From UHGV virus genome UHGV-0367149: DNA of 37,417 bases; one strand, 5' to 3'. Under the pieces are notes generated by a model. It was not told the DNA's origin, searched no databases, and saw nothing but the letters and a program-made list of their open reading frames with translations. The DNA comes from a virus. The position numbers and the translations under genes were made by a program. Below are positions 16,986 through 31,340 of the stretch, piece by piece; the first letter of the stretch is position 1, and the number at the start of each line of letters is the position of its first letter.

Positions 16986-17293
16986 ATGACTCAAGACTAT
17001 GAACTGGTTGTGAAAGGAGTCCGTAATTTTGAGAATAAAGTTACGGTAACTGTAGCCTTACAGGACAAAGAACGCTTTGACGGTGAAATTTTTGACCTGG
17101 ATGTCGCCATGGACCGTGTTGAAGGAGCTGCGCTGGAGTTTTATGAGGCAGCAGCCAGAAGGAGCGTCCGGCAAGTCTTCCTGGAAGTAGCAGAAAAATT
17201 GTCAGAAAAAGTTGAGTCTTATCTGCAGCATCAGTACTCCTTTAAGATTGAAAATCCTGCCAATAAGCACGAGCGTCCTCATCATAAATATCT

Positions 17294-17297
<4 letters not shown>
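16986..17297 (+). CDS. ydfR: YdfR (protein of unknown function between holin and endolysin)
   Basis: 103-aa ORF MTQDYELVVKGVRNFENKVTVTVALQDKERFDGEIFDLDVAMDRVEGAALEFYEAAARRSVRQVF..., recalled as K-12 YdfR. Confidence 0.7.
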
Positions 17298-18321
<1,024 letters not shown>

Positions 18322-18683
18322 GGTAATATTAAATCGGAACATTTACATCGCGGAATGTAAAATTTAAATAAAAAGGACTCTTCCATGAGCCAAAATTCCT
18401 GAAATCTTAAGGGTAAGATAAAAGGTCTTAATCAGAATGACACGTTTTATTAATAAATAAAGCTATTCTTTCATTGCTGTGTTTTTCTTTACAAAAGTAA
18501 TCCTTGCCATGGGTGGTTAATCATGCGTTAATGGTGTTCTGGTTTGTTACAAATTTATCTGAAGCAGTCATTGTTATAATTTTATTATTTGTACCTCTTG
18601 AGATTTCCTTGTTGGTTTTTCTCTCTGATATTTTTTTTCGGACCATTCTGCCCAAGGGCTAATTTCTTCAAAAGGTAATAATT

Positions 18684-18896
18684 ATGTCTAACAAAATGAC
18701 TGGTTTAGTGAAATGGTTTAACCCTGAAAAAGGTTTTGGTTTCATCACGCCGAAAGATGGCAGCAAAGATGTGTTTGTCCATTTCTCAGCAATTCAGAGC
18801 AACGATTTCAAAACATTAACTGAGAATCAGGAAGTTGAATTTGGTATTGAGAACGGACCTAAAGGTCCTGCCGCTGTTCATGTAGTGGCGCTTTGA
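18684..18896 (+). CDS. cspI: cold-shock protein CspI
   Basis: 70-aa [73 protein letters not shown]. Long upstream untranslated region (18322-18683), typical of cold-shock genes. Confidence 0.85.
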   Translation: MSNKMTGLVKWFNPEKGFGFITPKDGSKDVFVHFSAIQSNDFKTLTENQEVEFGIENGPKGPAAVHVVAL

Positions 18897-19102
18897 GGTA
18901 GACAATATTACAAACCATATTCACTTTAGATGCCCGTGTTGTCATGGTTCCCAGTATAGAACATCATCTTTTGATGTTTCTGACATGAATCCTTTCGGGG
19001 CAAAATGTATCTTTTGTAAATCAATGATGATTACATTTGATAATATTTCACAATACTTAAATGCCAGCCGTCTGTCGTTGGATTTAAAAAAGTGAAAATG
19101 AA

Positions 19103-19124
19103 GGCTCCTTCGGGAGCTTTTTTG
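19103..19124 (+). terminator. intrinsic terminator downstream of cspI
   Basis: GGCTCCTTCGGGAGCTTTTTTGC: hairpin plus T-tract. Confidence 0.5.
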
Positions 19125-19167
19125 CTTGGTGTCTATTCGATGGATACTCACATACTACGGTAACATC

Positions 19168-19398
19168 ATGAAAAAAATCATAGTTTTTTTTAACTCTGAA
19201 CCAGCAGTGGTAGTGCCAGCGATGACTGGAGTTAACACCATCATGCGTGAATATCCAAATGGCGAAAAAACACACCTTACTGTAATGGCCGCAGGGTTTC
19301 CATCTCTGACCGGAGATCATAAAGTCATTTATGTAGCCGCGGATCGACATGTTACTTCAGAAGAAATTCTGGAAGCAGCAATAAGGCTCTTGAGTTGA
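19168..19398 (+). CDS. hypothetical small protein (ynfN position)
   Basis: ATG at 19168 (MKKIIVFFNSEPAVVVPAMTGVNTIMREYPNGEKTHLTVMAAGF...), 76 aa. Lies between cspI and gnsB. The ORF track begins at an upstream TTG (19126). Confidence 0.4.
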   Translation: MKKIIVFFNSEPAVVVPAMTGVNTIMREYPNGEKTHLTVMAAGFPSLTGDHKVIYVAADRHVTSEEILEAAIRLLS

Positions 19399-19566
19399 TT
19401 TGATGCTATTGCATTGATAATTCAGGAAAATTCTCTTTGTCTGTTTGTGTAAAATTTAGACTATCGTATGTTGATTATTGCGATGTTTCATCTTATCTTT
19501 TACACGTTTGCACCATATAATCGACTTACTGTGTAACTGGAAAGTCATAACAGACTAAAAGAGGAA

Positions 19567-19743
19567 ATGATGAATATTGAAAACTTAAAAACAAAAGCAG
19601 AAGCAGATATTTCTGAATATATAACAAAAAAAATTATTGAACTTAAGAAAAAGACCGGGAAAGAAGTTACCAGTATTCAGTTTACCGCACGGGAAAAAAT
19701 GACGGGTCTTGAAAGCTATGATGTCAAGATTAATTTAATCTGA
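19567..19743 (+). CDS. gnsB: GnsB (GnsA/GnsB family small protein)
   Basis: Not in the ORF track. ATG at 19567 (or 19570) to TGA at 19741-19743: MMNIENLKTKAEADISEYITKKIIELKKKTGKEVTSIQFTAREKMTGLESYDVKINLI, recalled as GnsB-like. GAGGAAA upstream. Confidence 0.72.
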   Translation: MMNIENLKTKAEADISEYITKKIIELKKKTGKEVTSIQFTAREKMTGLESYDVKINLI

Positions 19744-19894
19744 TGTATTCAATAATAAAATTTATCCATAAACCTCGTTTTTACGGGGTTTTGTTATATT
19801 TGAATGGTTCCGAATATCTAAATCACAATTGTTGATGGTTTTTATTAAACCAATGCAGTCCGGCTCAGGAGTGAGAGAAGCCGGACGTTATGGT

Positions 19895-20305
19895 TTAGCG
19901 TGGTAAGATCTGTGTAGTTTTCTGGATGCTTTCAGTAAATAGTAATGAATTATCAAAGGTATAGTAATATCTTTTTTGTTCGTGGATATTTGTAACCCAC
20001 CGAAAAACTCCTGCTTTAGCAAGGTTTCTTCTGTATTCCTGAAATGTGATCTCTCTGGATTTCAGCTTATTAGAGGTCGTTTCTATAAGATGCCTATCCT
20101 TTGAAAATTTGACAGACACAATGTTTTTTAGGCCCTTTAATAACACTGTATTATCATTTTTTAATACAATATGAACATTCTCTGTGGCTAAATAGTAAAT
20201 GTAATGTGAGACATTGTGACGTTTTAGCTCAGAATAAAACCATTGATAGTTTAAATCGTTTCGAACTTTATCAAATATTTGTTTAAAAATGACTACCTGA
20301 TCCAT
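19895..20305 (-). CDS. ydfO: YdfO (DUF1398) protein
   Basis: 136-aa product from the ATG at 20305 ([59 protein letters not shown]...), recalled as K-12 YdfO. Confidence 0.75.
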
Positions 20306-20362
20306 AGATAAACCTTCCATGTGATATGATGGGGCGTAGTCTGCACGATTATCTAAATTGCT

Positions 20363-20596
20363 TCAATCTGGTCTGACCTGTTTTCTGAGCAATTCAGTAA
20401 TGTCACTCTTTTCTTTGTTTGCTTCAGGCGAAACTCTTTTTTCTGAGCACAGTCTCCGGCGGCAGGCTTCAATGACCCAGGCTGAGAAATTCCCAGACCC
20501 TTTTTGCTCAAGAGCGATGTTAATTTGTTCAATCATTTGGTTAGGAAAGCGGATGTTGCGGGTTGTTGTTCTGCGGGTTCTGTTCTTCGTTGACAT
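20363..20596 (-). CDS. ynfO: YnfO, small basic protein with ribbon-helix-helix-like N-terminal region
   Basis: 77-aa ORF. The segment TRNIRFPNQMIEQINIALEQKGSGNFSAWVIEACRRRL fits a beta-strand, helix, helix RHH pattern (Arc/CopG-like). Lies 57 nt upstream of ydfO on the same strand. Confidence 0.6.
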   Translation of the reverse strand: MSTKNRTRRTTTRNIRFPNQMIEQINIALEQKGSGNFSAWVIEACRRRLCSEKRVSPEANKEKSDITELLRKQVRPD

Positions 20597-20795
20597 GAGG
20601 TTGTCCCGTATTCAGTGTCGCTGATTTGTATTGTCTGAAGTTGTTTTTACGTTAAGTTGATGCAGATCAATTAATACGATACCTGCGTCATAATTGATTA
20701 TTTGACGTGGTTTGATGGAGTAGATGCACGTTGTGACATGTAGATGATAATTATTATCATTTTGCGGGTCCTTTCCGGCGATCCGACAGGTTACG

Positions 20796-20807
20796 GGGCG
20801 GCGACCT
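20796..20807 (+). other. cosN cohesive-end site (lambda-type 12-nt GGGCGGCGACCT), with cosQ/cosB flanks at about 20740-20984
   Basis: ...ATCCGACAGGTTACG|GGGCGGCGACCTCGCGGGTTTTCGCTATTTATGAAAATTTTCCGG... matches the lambda right-end/left-end junction as recalled. The nu1 start lies 189 nt downstream, as in lambda. Confidence 0.85.
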
Positions 20808-20984
20808 CGCGGGTTTTCGCTATTTATGAAAATTTTCCGGTTTAAGGCGTTTCCGTTCTTCTTCGTTGTAACTTAATGTTTTTATTTAAAATACCCCCTG
20901 AAAAGAAAGGAAACGACAGGTGCTGAAAACGAGCTTTTGGGCCTCTGTCGTTTCCTTTCTCTGTTTTTGGCCGTGGAATGAACA

Positions 20985-21504
20985 ATGGAAGTCAACAAAA
21001 AGCAGCTGGCTGACATTTTCGGTGCGAGTATCCGTACCATTCAGAACTGGCAGGAACAGGGAATGCCCGTTCTGCGAGGCGGTGGCAAGGGTAATGAGGT
21101 GCTTTATGACTCTGCCGCCGTTATAAGATGGTATGCCGAAAGGGATGCTGAAATTGAGAACGAAAAGCTGCGCCGGGAAGTTGAAGAACTGCGGCAGGCC
21201 AGCGAGGCAGATCTCCAGCCAGGGACTATTGAGTACGAACGCCATCGACTTACGCGTGCGCAGGCCGACGCACAGGAACTGAAGAATGCCAGAGACTCCG
21301 CTGAAGTGGTGGAAACCGCATTCTGTACTTTCGTGCTGTCGCGGATCGCAGGTGAAATTGCCAGTATTCTCGACGGGATCCCCCTGTCGGTGCAGCGGCG
21401 TTTTCCGGAACTGGAAAACCGACATGTTGATTTCCTGAAACGGGATATCATCAAAGCCATGAACAAAGCAGCCGCGCTGGATGAACTGATACCGGGGTTG
21501 CTGA

Positions 21505-21530
<26 letters not shown>
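20985..21530 (+). CDS. nu1: terminase small subunit Nu1
   Basis: 181 aa MEVNKKQLADIFGASIRTIQNWQEQGMPVLRGGGKGNEVLYDSAAV..., near-identical to lambda gpNu1 as recalled. Confidence 0.95.
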
Positions 21531-25211
<3,681 letters not shown>

Positions 25212-25231
<20 letters not shown>

Positions 25232-26531
25232 TCTCCCGCATATTGCCAGCATGGCCTTTAATGAGCCGCTGATGCTTGAACCCGCCTATGCGCGGGTTTT
25301 CTTTTGTGCGCTTGCAGGCCAGCTTGGGATCAGCCGCCTGACGGATGCGGTGTCCGGCGACAGCCTGACTGCCCAGGAGGCACCCGCGACGCTGGCATTA
25401 TCCGGTGATGATGACGGACCACGACAGGCCCGCAGTTATCAGGTCATGAACGGCATCGCCGTGCTGCCGGTGTCCGGCACGCTGGTCAGCCGGACGCGGG
25501 CGCTGCAGCCGTACTCGGGGATGACCGGTTACAACGGCATTATCGCCCGTCTGCAACAGGCTGCCAGCGACCCGATGGTGGACGGCATTCTGCTCGATAT
25601 GGACACACCGGGCGGAATGGTGGCGGGAGCATTTGACTGCGCTGACATCATCGCCCGTGTGCGTGACATAAAGCCGGTATGGGCGCTGGCCAACGACATG
25701 AACTGCAGTGCAGGTCAGCTGCTTGCCAGTGCCGCCTCCCGACGTCTGGTCACGCAGACCGCCCGGACAGGCTCCATCGGCGTCATGATGGCTCACAGTA
25801 ATTACGGCGCTGCGCTGGAGAAACAGGGCGTGGAAATCACGCTGATTTACAGCGGCAGCCATAAGGTGGATGGCAACCCCTACAGCCATCTTCCGGATGA
25901 CGTCCGGGAGACACTGCAGTCCCGGATGGATGCAACCCGCCGGATGTTTGCGCAGAAGGTGTCGGCATATACCGGCCTGTCCGTGCAGGCTGTGCTGGAT
26001 ACCGAGGCTGCAGTGTACAGCGGTCAGGAGGCCATTGATGCCGGACTGGCTGATGAACTTGTCAACAGCACCGATGCGATCACCGTTATGCGTGATGCAC
26101 TGGATGCACGTAAATCCCGTCTCTCAGGAGGGCGAATGACCAAAGAGACTCAATCAACAACTGTTTCAGCCACTGCTTCGCAGGCTGACGTTACTGACGT
26201 GGTGCCAGCGACGGAGGGCGAAAACGCCAGCGCGGCGCAGCCGGACGTGAACGCGCAGATCACCGCTGCGGTTGCGGCAGAAAACAGCCGCATTATGGGG
26301 ATCCTCAACTGTGAGGAGGCTCACGGACGCGAAGAACAGGCCCGCGTGCTGGCAGAAACCCCCGGTATGACCGTGGAAACGGCCCGCCGCATTCTGGCCG
26401 CAGCACCACAGAGTGCACAGGCGCGCAGTGACACTGCGCTGGATCGTCTGATGCAGGGGGCACCGGCACCGCTGGCTGCAGGTAACCCGGCATCTGATGC
26501 CGTTAACGATTTGCTGAACACACCAGTGTAA
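25212..26531 (+). CDS. C: head maturation protease / scaffold C
   Basis: GTG at 25212 after GGAGGAGAAGA gives 439 aa (VTAELRNLPHIASMAFNEPLMLEP...), lambda gpC-like. 20-nt overlap with B, as in lambda. The ORF track shows a longer upstream-extended frame. Confidence 0.9.
25926..26531 (+). CDS. nu3: scaffolding protein Nu3 (in-frame internal start within C)
   Basis: ATG at 25926, in the C frame 714 nt from the C start, the lambda Nu3 offset as recalled (MDATRRMFAQKVSAYTGL...). Inferred from lambda gene organisation. Confidence 0.6.
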   Translation: MDATRRMFAQKVSAYTGLSVQAVLDTEAAVYSGQEAIDAGLADELVNSTDAITVMRDALDARKSRLSGGRMTKETQSTTVSATASQADVTDVVPATEGENASAAQPDVNAQITAAVAAENSRIMGILNCEEAHGREEQARVLAETPGMTVETARRILAAAPQSAQARSDTALDRLMQGAPAPLAAGNPASDAVNDLLNTPV

Positions 26532-26540
26532 GGGATGTTT

Positions 26541-26873
26541 ATGACGAGCAAAGAAACCTTTACCCATTACCAGCCGCTGGGCAACAGTGACCCGGCTCAT
26601 ACCGCAACCGCGCCCGGCGGATTGAGTGCGAAAGCGCCTGCAATGACCCCGCTGATGCTGGACACCTCCACCCGTAAGCTGGTTGCGTGGGATGGCACCA
26701 CCGACGGTGCTGCCGTTGGCATTCTGGCGGTTGCTGCTGACCAGACCAGCACCACACTGATGTTCTACAAGTCCGGCACGTTCCGTTATGAGGATGTGCT
26801 CTGGCCGGAGGCTGCCAGCGACGAGACGAAAAAACGGACCGCGTTTGCCGGAACGGCAATCAGCATCGTTTAA
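26541..26873 (+). CDS. D: head decoration protein D
   Basis: 110 aa [43 protein letters not shown]..., lambda gpD-like. Confidence 0.92.
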   Translation: MTSKETFTHYQPLGNSDPAHTATAPGGLSAKAPAMTPLMLDTSTRKLVAWDGTTDGAAVGILAVAADQTSTTLMFYKSGTFRYEDVLWPEAASDETKKRTAFAGTAISIV

Positions 26874-26928
26874 CCTTACCCTTCATCACTAAAGGCCGCC
26901 TGTGCGGCTTTTTTTATGGGATTTTTTT

Positions 26929-27954
26929 ATGTCGATGTACACAACCGCCCAGCTGCTGGCGGCAAATGAGAAGAAATTTAAGTTTGATCCGCTGTTTCTG
27001 CGTCTCTTTTTCCGTGAGAGCTATCCCTTCACCACGGAGAAAGTCTATCTCTCACAAATTCCGGGACTGGTAAACATGGCGCTGTACGTTTCGCCGATTG
27101 TTTCCGGTGAGGTTATCCGCTCCCGTGGCGGCTCCACCTCTGAATTTACACCGGGATATGTCAAGCCGAAGCATGAGGTGAATCCGCAGATGACCCTGCG
27201 TCGCCTGCCGGATGAAGATCCGCAGAATCTGGCGGACCCGGCTTACCGCCGCCGTCGCATCATCATGCAGAACATGCGAGACGAAGAGCTGGCCATTGCT
27301 CAGGTCGAAGAGATGCAGGCAGTTTCTGCTGTGCTTAAGGGCAAATACACCATGACCGGTGAAGCCTTCGATCCGGTTGAGGTGGATATGGGCCGCAGTG
27401 CGGCGAACAACATCACACAGTCCGGTGGTACGGAGTGGAGCAAGCGTGACAAGTCCACGTATGACCCGACCGACGATATCGAAGCCTATGCGCTGAACGC
27501 CAGCGGAGTGGTGAATATCATCGTGTTTGATCCGAAAGGCTGGGCGCTGTTCCGTTCCTTCAAAGCCGTCAGGGAGAAGCTGGATACCCGTCGCGGCTCT
27601 AATTCCGAGCTGGAGACAGCGGTAAAAGACCTGGGCGAAGCGGTGTCCTATAAGGGGATGTATGGCGATACGGCGATCGTCGTGTATTCCGGACAGTACG
27701 TGGAAAACGACGTCAAAAAGAACTTCCTTCCGGACAACACGATGGTGCTGGGGAACACTCAGGCACGCGGTCTGCGCACCTATGGCTGCATTCAGGATGC
27801 GGACGCACAGCGCGAAGGTATTAACGCCTCTGCCCGCTACCCGAAAAACTGGGTGACCACCGGCGATCCGGCGCGTGAGTTCACCATGATTCAGTCAGCA
27901 CCGCTGATGCTGCTGGCTGATCCTGATGCGTTCGTGTCCGTACAACTGGCGTAA
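26929..27954 (+). CDS. E: major capsid protein E
   Basis: ATG at 26929 gives 341 aa (MSMYTTAQLLAANEKKFKFDPLFLRLFFRESYPFTTEKVYLSQIPGLVNMALYVSP...), lambda gpE-like. Confidence 0.95.
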   Translation: MSMYTTAQLLAANEKKFKFDPLFLRLFFRESYPFTTEKVYLSQIPGLVNMALYVSPIVSGEVIRSRGGSTSEFTPGYVKPKHEVNPQMTLRRLPDEDPQNLADPAYRRRRIIMQNMRDEELAIAQVEEMQAVSAVLKGKYTMTGEAFDPVEVDMGRSAANNITQSGGTEWSKRDKSTYDPTDDIEAYALNASGVVNIIVFDPKGWALFRSFKAVREKLDTRRGSNSELETAVKDLGEAVSYKGMYGDTAIVVYSGQYVENDVKKNFLPDNTMVLGNTQARGLRTYGCIQDADAQREGINASARYPKNWVTTGDPAREFTMIQSAPLMLLADPDAFVSVQLA

Positions 27955-27995
27955 TCATGGCCCTTCGGGGCCATTTTCTCTCTGTGGAGGAGTCC

Positions 27996-28391
27996 ATGAC
28001 GAAAGATGAACTGATTGCCCGTCTTCAGGTGCTGGGTGAGCAACTGAACCGTGATGTCAGCCTGACGGGGACGAAAGAAGAACTGGTGCTCCGTGTGGCA
28101 GAGCTGGAAGAGGAGCTTGATGACACGGATGACGCTGCCGGTCAGGACACATCTGTCAGCCCGGAAAATGCGCTGACCGGACATGAAAATGAGGTGGTAT
28201 CAGCGCAGCCGGATACCGTGACTGATACGGCTGATCTGGTCACGGTTGTGGCACTGGTGACGCTGCATACTGATGCACTTCACGCCACGCGGGATGAGGC
28301 TGTGGCATTTGTGCTGCCGGGAACGGCGTTCCGTGTCTCTGCCGGTGTGTCAGCTGAAATGACAGACCGCGGCCTGGCCAGAATGCAATAA
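27996..28391 (+). CDS. FI: DNA-packaging protein FI
   Basis: ATG at 27996 with GGAGG upstream (MTKDELIARLQVLGEQLNRDVSLTGTKEEL...), lambda gpFI-like. Confidence 0.85.
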   Translation: MTKDELIARLQVLGEQLNRDVSLTGTKEELVLRVAELEEELDDTDDAAGQDTSVSPENALTGHENEVVSAQPDTVTDTADLVTVVALVTLHTDALHATRDEAVAFVLPGTAFRVSAGVSAEMTDRGLARMQ

Positions 28392-28402
28392 CGGGAGGCG
28401 CT

Positions 28403-28756
28403 GTGGCTGATTTCGATAACCTGTTCGATGCTGCCATTGCCCGCGCCGATGAAACGATACGCGGGTACATGGGAACGTCAGCCACCATGACATCCGGTGA
28501 GCAGTCCGGTGCTGTGATACGTGGTGTTTTTGATGACCCTGAAAATATCAGCTATGCCGGACAGGGCGTGCGCGTTGAAGGCTCCAGCCCGTCCCTGTTT
28601 GTCCGGACTGATGATGTGCGGCAGCTGCGGCGCGGCGACACGCTGACCATCGGTGAGGAAAACTTCTGGATAGACCGGATTTCGCCAGATGATGGCGGAA
28701 GCTGTCATCTCTGGCTTGGGCGGGGCGTACCGCCTGCCGTTAACCGTCGCCGCTGA
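28403..28756 (+). CDS. FII: head completion protein FII
   Basis: 117 aa MADFDNLFDAAIARADETIRGYMGTSATMTSGEQSGAVIRGVFDDPENISYAG..., lambda gpFII-like. Confidence 0.92.
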   Translation: MADFDNLFDAAIARADETIRGYMGTSATMTSGEQSGAVIRGVFDDPENISYAGQGVRVEGSSPSLFVRTDDVRQLRRGDTLTIGEENFWIDRISPDDGGSCHLWLGRGVPPAVNRRR

Positions 28757-28767
28757 AAGGGGGATGT

Positions 28768-29346
28768 ATGGCCATAAAAGGTCTTGAGCAGGCCGTTGAA
28801 AACCTCAGCCGTATCAGCAGAACGGCGGTGCCCGGTGCCGCCGCAATGGCCATTAACCGCGTTGCTTCATCCGCGATATCGCAGTCGGCGTCACAGGTTG
28901 CCCGTGAGACAAAGGTACGCCGGAAACTGGTAAAGGAAAGGGCCAGGCTGAAAAGGGCCACGGTCAAAAATCCGCAGGCCAGAATCAAGGTTAACCGGGG
29001 GGATTTGCCCGTAATAAAGCTGGGTAACGCGCGGATTGTCCTGTCCCGACGCAGGCGTCGTAAAAAGGGGCAGCGTTCAGCCCTGAAAGGTGGCGGCAGC
29101 GTGCTTGTGGTGGGAAACCGTCGTATTCCCGGCGCGTTTATTCAGCAACTGAAAAATGGCCGCTGGCATGTCATGCAGCGTGTGGCCGGGAAAAATCGTT
29201 ACCCCATTGATGTGGTGAAAATCCCGATGGCGGTGCCGCTGACCACGGCGTTTAAACAGAATATTGAGCGGATACGGCGTGAGCGTCTTCCGAAAGAGCT
29301 GGGCTATGCGCTGCAGCATCAACTGAGGATGGTAATAAAGCGATGA
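28768..29346 (+). CDS. Z: tail completion protein Z
   Basis: 192 aa, lambda gpZ-like in position and length. Confidence 0.9.
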   Translation: MAIKGLEQAVENLSRISRTAVPGAAAMAINRVASSAISQSASQVARETKVRRKLVKERARLKRATVKNPQARIKVNRGDLPVIKLGNARIVLSRRRRRKKGQRSALKGGGSVLVVGNRRIPGAFIQQLKNGRWHVMQRVAGKNRYPIDVVKIPMAVPLTTAFKQNIERIRRERLPKELGYALQHQLRMVIKR

Positions 29347-29738
29347 AACATACTGAACTCCGAGCAGCCGTACTGGATGCACTGGAGAAGCATGACACCG
29401 GGGCGACGCTTTTTGATGGTCGCCCCGCTGTTTTTGATGAGGCGGATTTTCCGGCAATTGCCGTTTATCTCACCGGCGCTGAATACACGGGCGAAGAGCT
29501 GGACAGCGATACCTGGCAGGCGGAGCTGCATATTGAAGTTTTCCTGCCTGCTCAGGTGCCGGATTCAGAGCTGGATGCGTGGATGGAGTCCCGGATTTAT
29601 CCGGTGATGAGTGATATCCCGGCACTGTCAGATTTGATCACCAGTATGGTGACCAGCGGCTATGACTATCGGCGCGACGATGATGCGGGCCTGTGGAGTT
29701 CAGCCGATCTGACTTATGTCATTACCTATGAAATGTGA
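29343..29738 (+). CDS. U: tail terminator protein U
   Basis: 131 aa [54 protein letters not shown]..., lambda gpU-like. Confidence 0.9.
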   Translation: MKHTELRAAVLDALEKHDTGATLFDGRPAVFDEADFPAIAVYLTGAEYTGEELDSDTWQAELHIEVFLPAQVPDSELDAWMESRIYPVMSDIPALSDLITSMVTSGYDYRRDDDAGLWSSADLTYVITYEM

Positions 29739-29745
29739 GGACGCT

Positions 29746-30486
29746 ATGCCTGTACCAAATCCTGTAATGCCGGTGAAAGGGGCCGGGACCACCCTGTGGG
29801 TTTATAAGGGGAGTGGTGACCCTTATGCGAATCCGCTTTCAGACGTTGACTGGTCGCGTCTGGCAAAAGTTAAAGACCTGACGCCCGGCGAACTGACCGC
29901 TGAGTCTTATGACGACAGCTATCTCGATGATGAAGATGCAGACTGGACTGCGACCGGGCAGGGGCAGAAATCTGCCGGAGATACCAGCTTCACGCTGGCG
30001 TGGATGCCCGGAGAGCAGGGGCAGCAGGCGCTGCTGGCGTGGTTTAATGAAGGCGATACCCGTGCCTATAAAATCCGCTTCCCGAACGGCACGGTCGATG
30101 TGTTCCGTGGCTGGGTCAGCAGTATCGGTAAGGCGGTGACGGCGAAGGAAGTGATTACCCGCACGGTGAAGGTCACCAATGTGGGACGTCCGTCGATGGC
30201 AGAAGATCGCAGCACGGTGACGGCGACAACCGGCATGACGGTGACACCCGCCAGTGCTTCCGTAGTGAAAGGGCAGAGCACCACGCTGACCGTGGCATTC
30301 CAGCCGGATGGCGCAACCGACAAGAGCTTCCGTGCGGTGTCTGCGGATAAAACAAAAGCCACCGTGTCGGTCAGTGGTATGACCATCACCGTGAAAGGTG
30401 TTGCTGCAGGCAAGGTCAACATTCCGGTCGTATCCGGTAATGGTGAGTTTGCTGCGGTTGCAGAAATTACCGTCACCGCCAGTTAA
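29746..30486 (+). CDS. V: major tail tube protein V
   Basis: ATG at 29746 gives 246 aa ([36 protein letters not shown]...), lambda gpV-like. Confidence 0.92.
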   Translation: MPVPNPVMPVKGAGTTLWVYKGSGDPYANPLSDVDWSRLAKVKDLTPGELTAESYDDSYLDDEDADWTATGQGQKSAGDTSFTLAWMPGEQGQQALLAWFNEGDTRAYKIRFPNGTVDVFRGWVSSIGKAVTAKEVITRTVKVTNVGRPSMAEDRSTVTATTGMTVTPASASVVKGQSTTLTVAFQPDGATDKSFRAVSADKTKATVSVSGMTITVKGVAAGKVNIPVVSGNGEFAAVAEITVTAS

Positions 30487-30501
30487 TCCGGAGAGTCAGC
30501 G

Positions 30502-30924
30502 ATGTTCCTGAAAACCGAATCATTTGAACATAACGGTGTGACCGTCACGCTTTCTGAACTGTCAGCCCTGCAGCGCATTGAGCATCTCGCCCTGATGAAA
30601 CGGCAGGCAGAACAGGCGGAGTCAGACAGCAACCGGAAGTTTACTGTGGAAGACGCCATCAGAACCGGCGCGTTTCTGGTGGCGATGTCCCTGTGGCATA
30701 ACCATCCGCAGAAGACGCAGATGCCGTCCATGAATGAAGCCGTTAAACAGATTGAGCAGGAAGTGCTTACCACCTGGCCCACGGAGGCAATTTCTCATGC
30801 TGAAAACGTGGTGTACCGGCTGTCCGGTATGTATGAGTTTGTTGTGAATGATGCTCCTGAACAGGCAGAGGACGCCGGGCCTGCAGAGCCTGTTTCTGCG
30901 GGAAAGTGTTCGACGGTGAGCTGA
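30502..30924 (+). CDS. G: tail assembly chaperone G
   Basis: 140 aa MFLKTESFEHNGVTVTLSELSALQRIEHLALMKRQAEQAESDSNRKFTVEDAIRTG..., lambda gpG-like. Slippery heptamer near the 3' end. Confidence 0.92.
   Translation: MFLKTESFEHNGVTVTLSELSALQRIEHLALMKRQAEQAESDSNRKFTVEDAIRTGAFLVAMSLWHNHPQKTQMPSMNEAVKQIEQEVLTTWPTEAISHAENVVYRLSGMYEFVVNDAPEQAEDAGPAEPVSAGKCSTVS
30900..30906 (+). other. programmed -1 ribosomal frameshift site (slippery heptamer GGGAAAG) producing the G-T fusion
   Basis: G GGA AAG in the G frame, 6 codons before the G stop. The T frame opens at 30906 in the -1 frame, identical to the lambda G/GT arrangement. Confidence 0.8.
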
Positions 30925-31340
30925 GTTTTGCCCTGAAACTGGCGCGTGAGATGGGGCGACCCGACTGGCGCGCCATGCTTGCCGGGATGTCATCCACGGA
31001 GTATGCCGACTGGCACCGCTTTTACAGTACCCATTATTTTCATGATGTTCTGCTGGATATGCACTTTTCCGGGCTGACGTACACCGTGCTCAGCCTGTTT
31101 TTCAGCGATCCGGAGATGCATCCGCTGGATTTCAGTCTGCTGAACCGGCGCGAGGCTGACGAAGAGCCTGAAGATGATGTGCTGATGCAGAAAGCGGCAG
31201 GGCTTGCCGGAGGCGTTCGTTTTGGCCCGGACGGGAATGAAGTTATCCCCGCTTCCCCGGATGTGGCGGACATGACGGAGGATGACGTAATGCTGATGAC
31301 AGTATCAGAAGGGATCGCAGGAGGAGTCCGGTATGGCTGA
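30906..31340 (+). CDS. T: T frame of tail assembly chaperone (expressed as G-T fusion via -1 frameshift)
   Basis: 144-codon frame (VFDGELSFALKLAREMGRPDWRAMLAGMSSTEYADWHRFY...) with no independent Shine-Dalgarno/ATG, lambda gpT-like. Confidence 0.82.
   Translation: MFDGELSFALKLAREMGRPDWRAMLAGMSSTEYADWHRFYSTHYFHDVLLDMHFSGLTYTVLSLFFSDPEMHPLDFSLLNRREADEEPEDDVLMQKAAGLAGGVRFGPDGNEVIPASPDVADMTEDDVMLMTVSEGIAGGVRYG

Noticed and set aside
18942-19350. Minus-strand ORFs of 69 and 88 aa between cspI and gnsB
   Set aside because: They overlap the cspI terminator and the plus-strand ynfN-position ORF; no supporting signals.
26886-26918. Hairpin plus T-run between D and E (GGCCGCCTGTGCGGCTTTTTTTA), a possible terminator inside the head operon
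   Set aside because: As I recall, the same stem-loop is present at this position in lambda, where late transcription reads through under Q antitermination. It is not a new feature.
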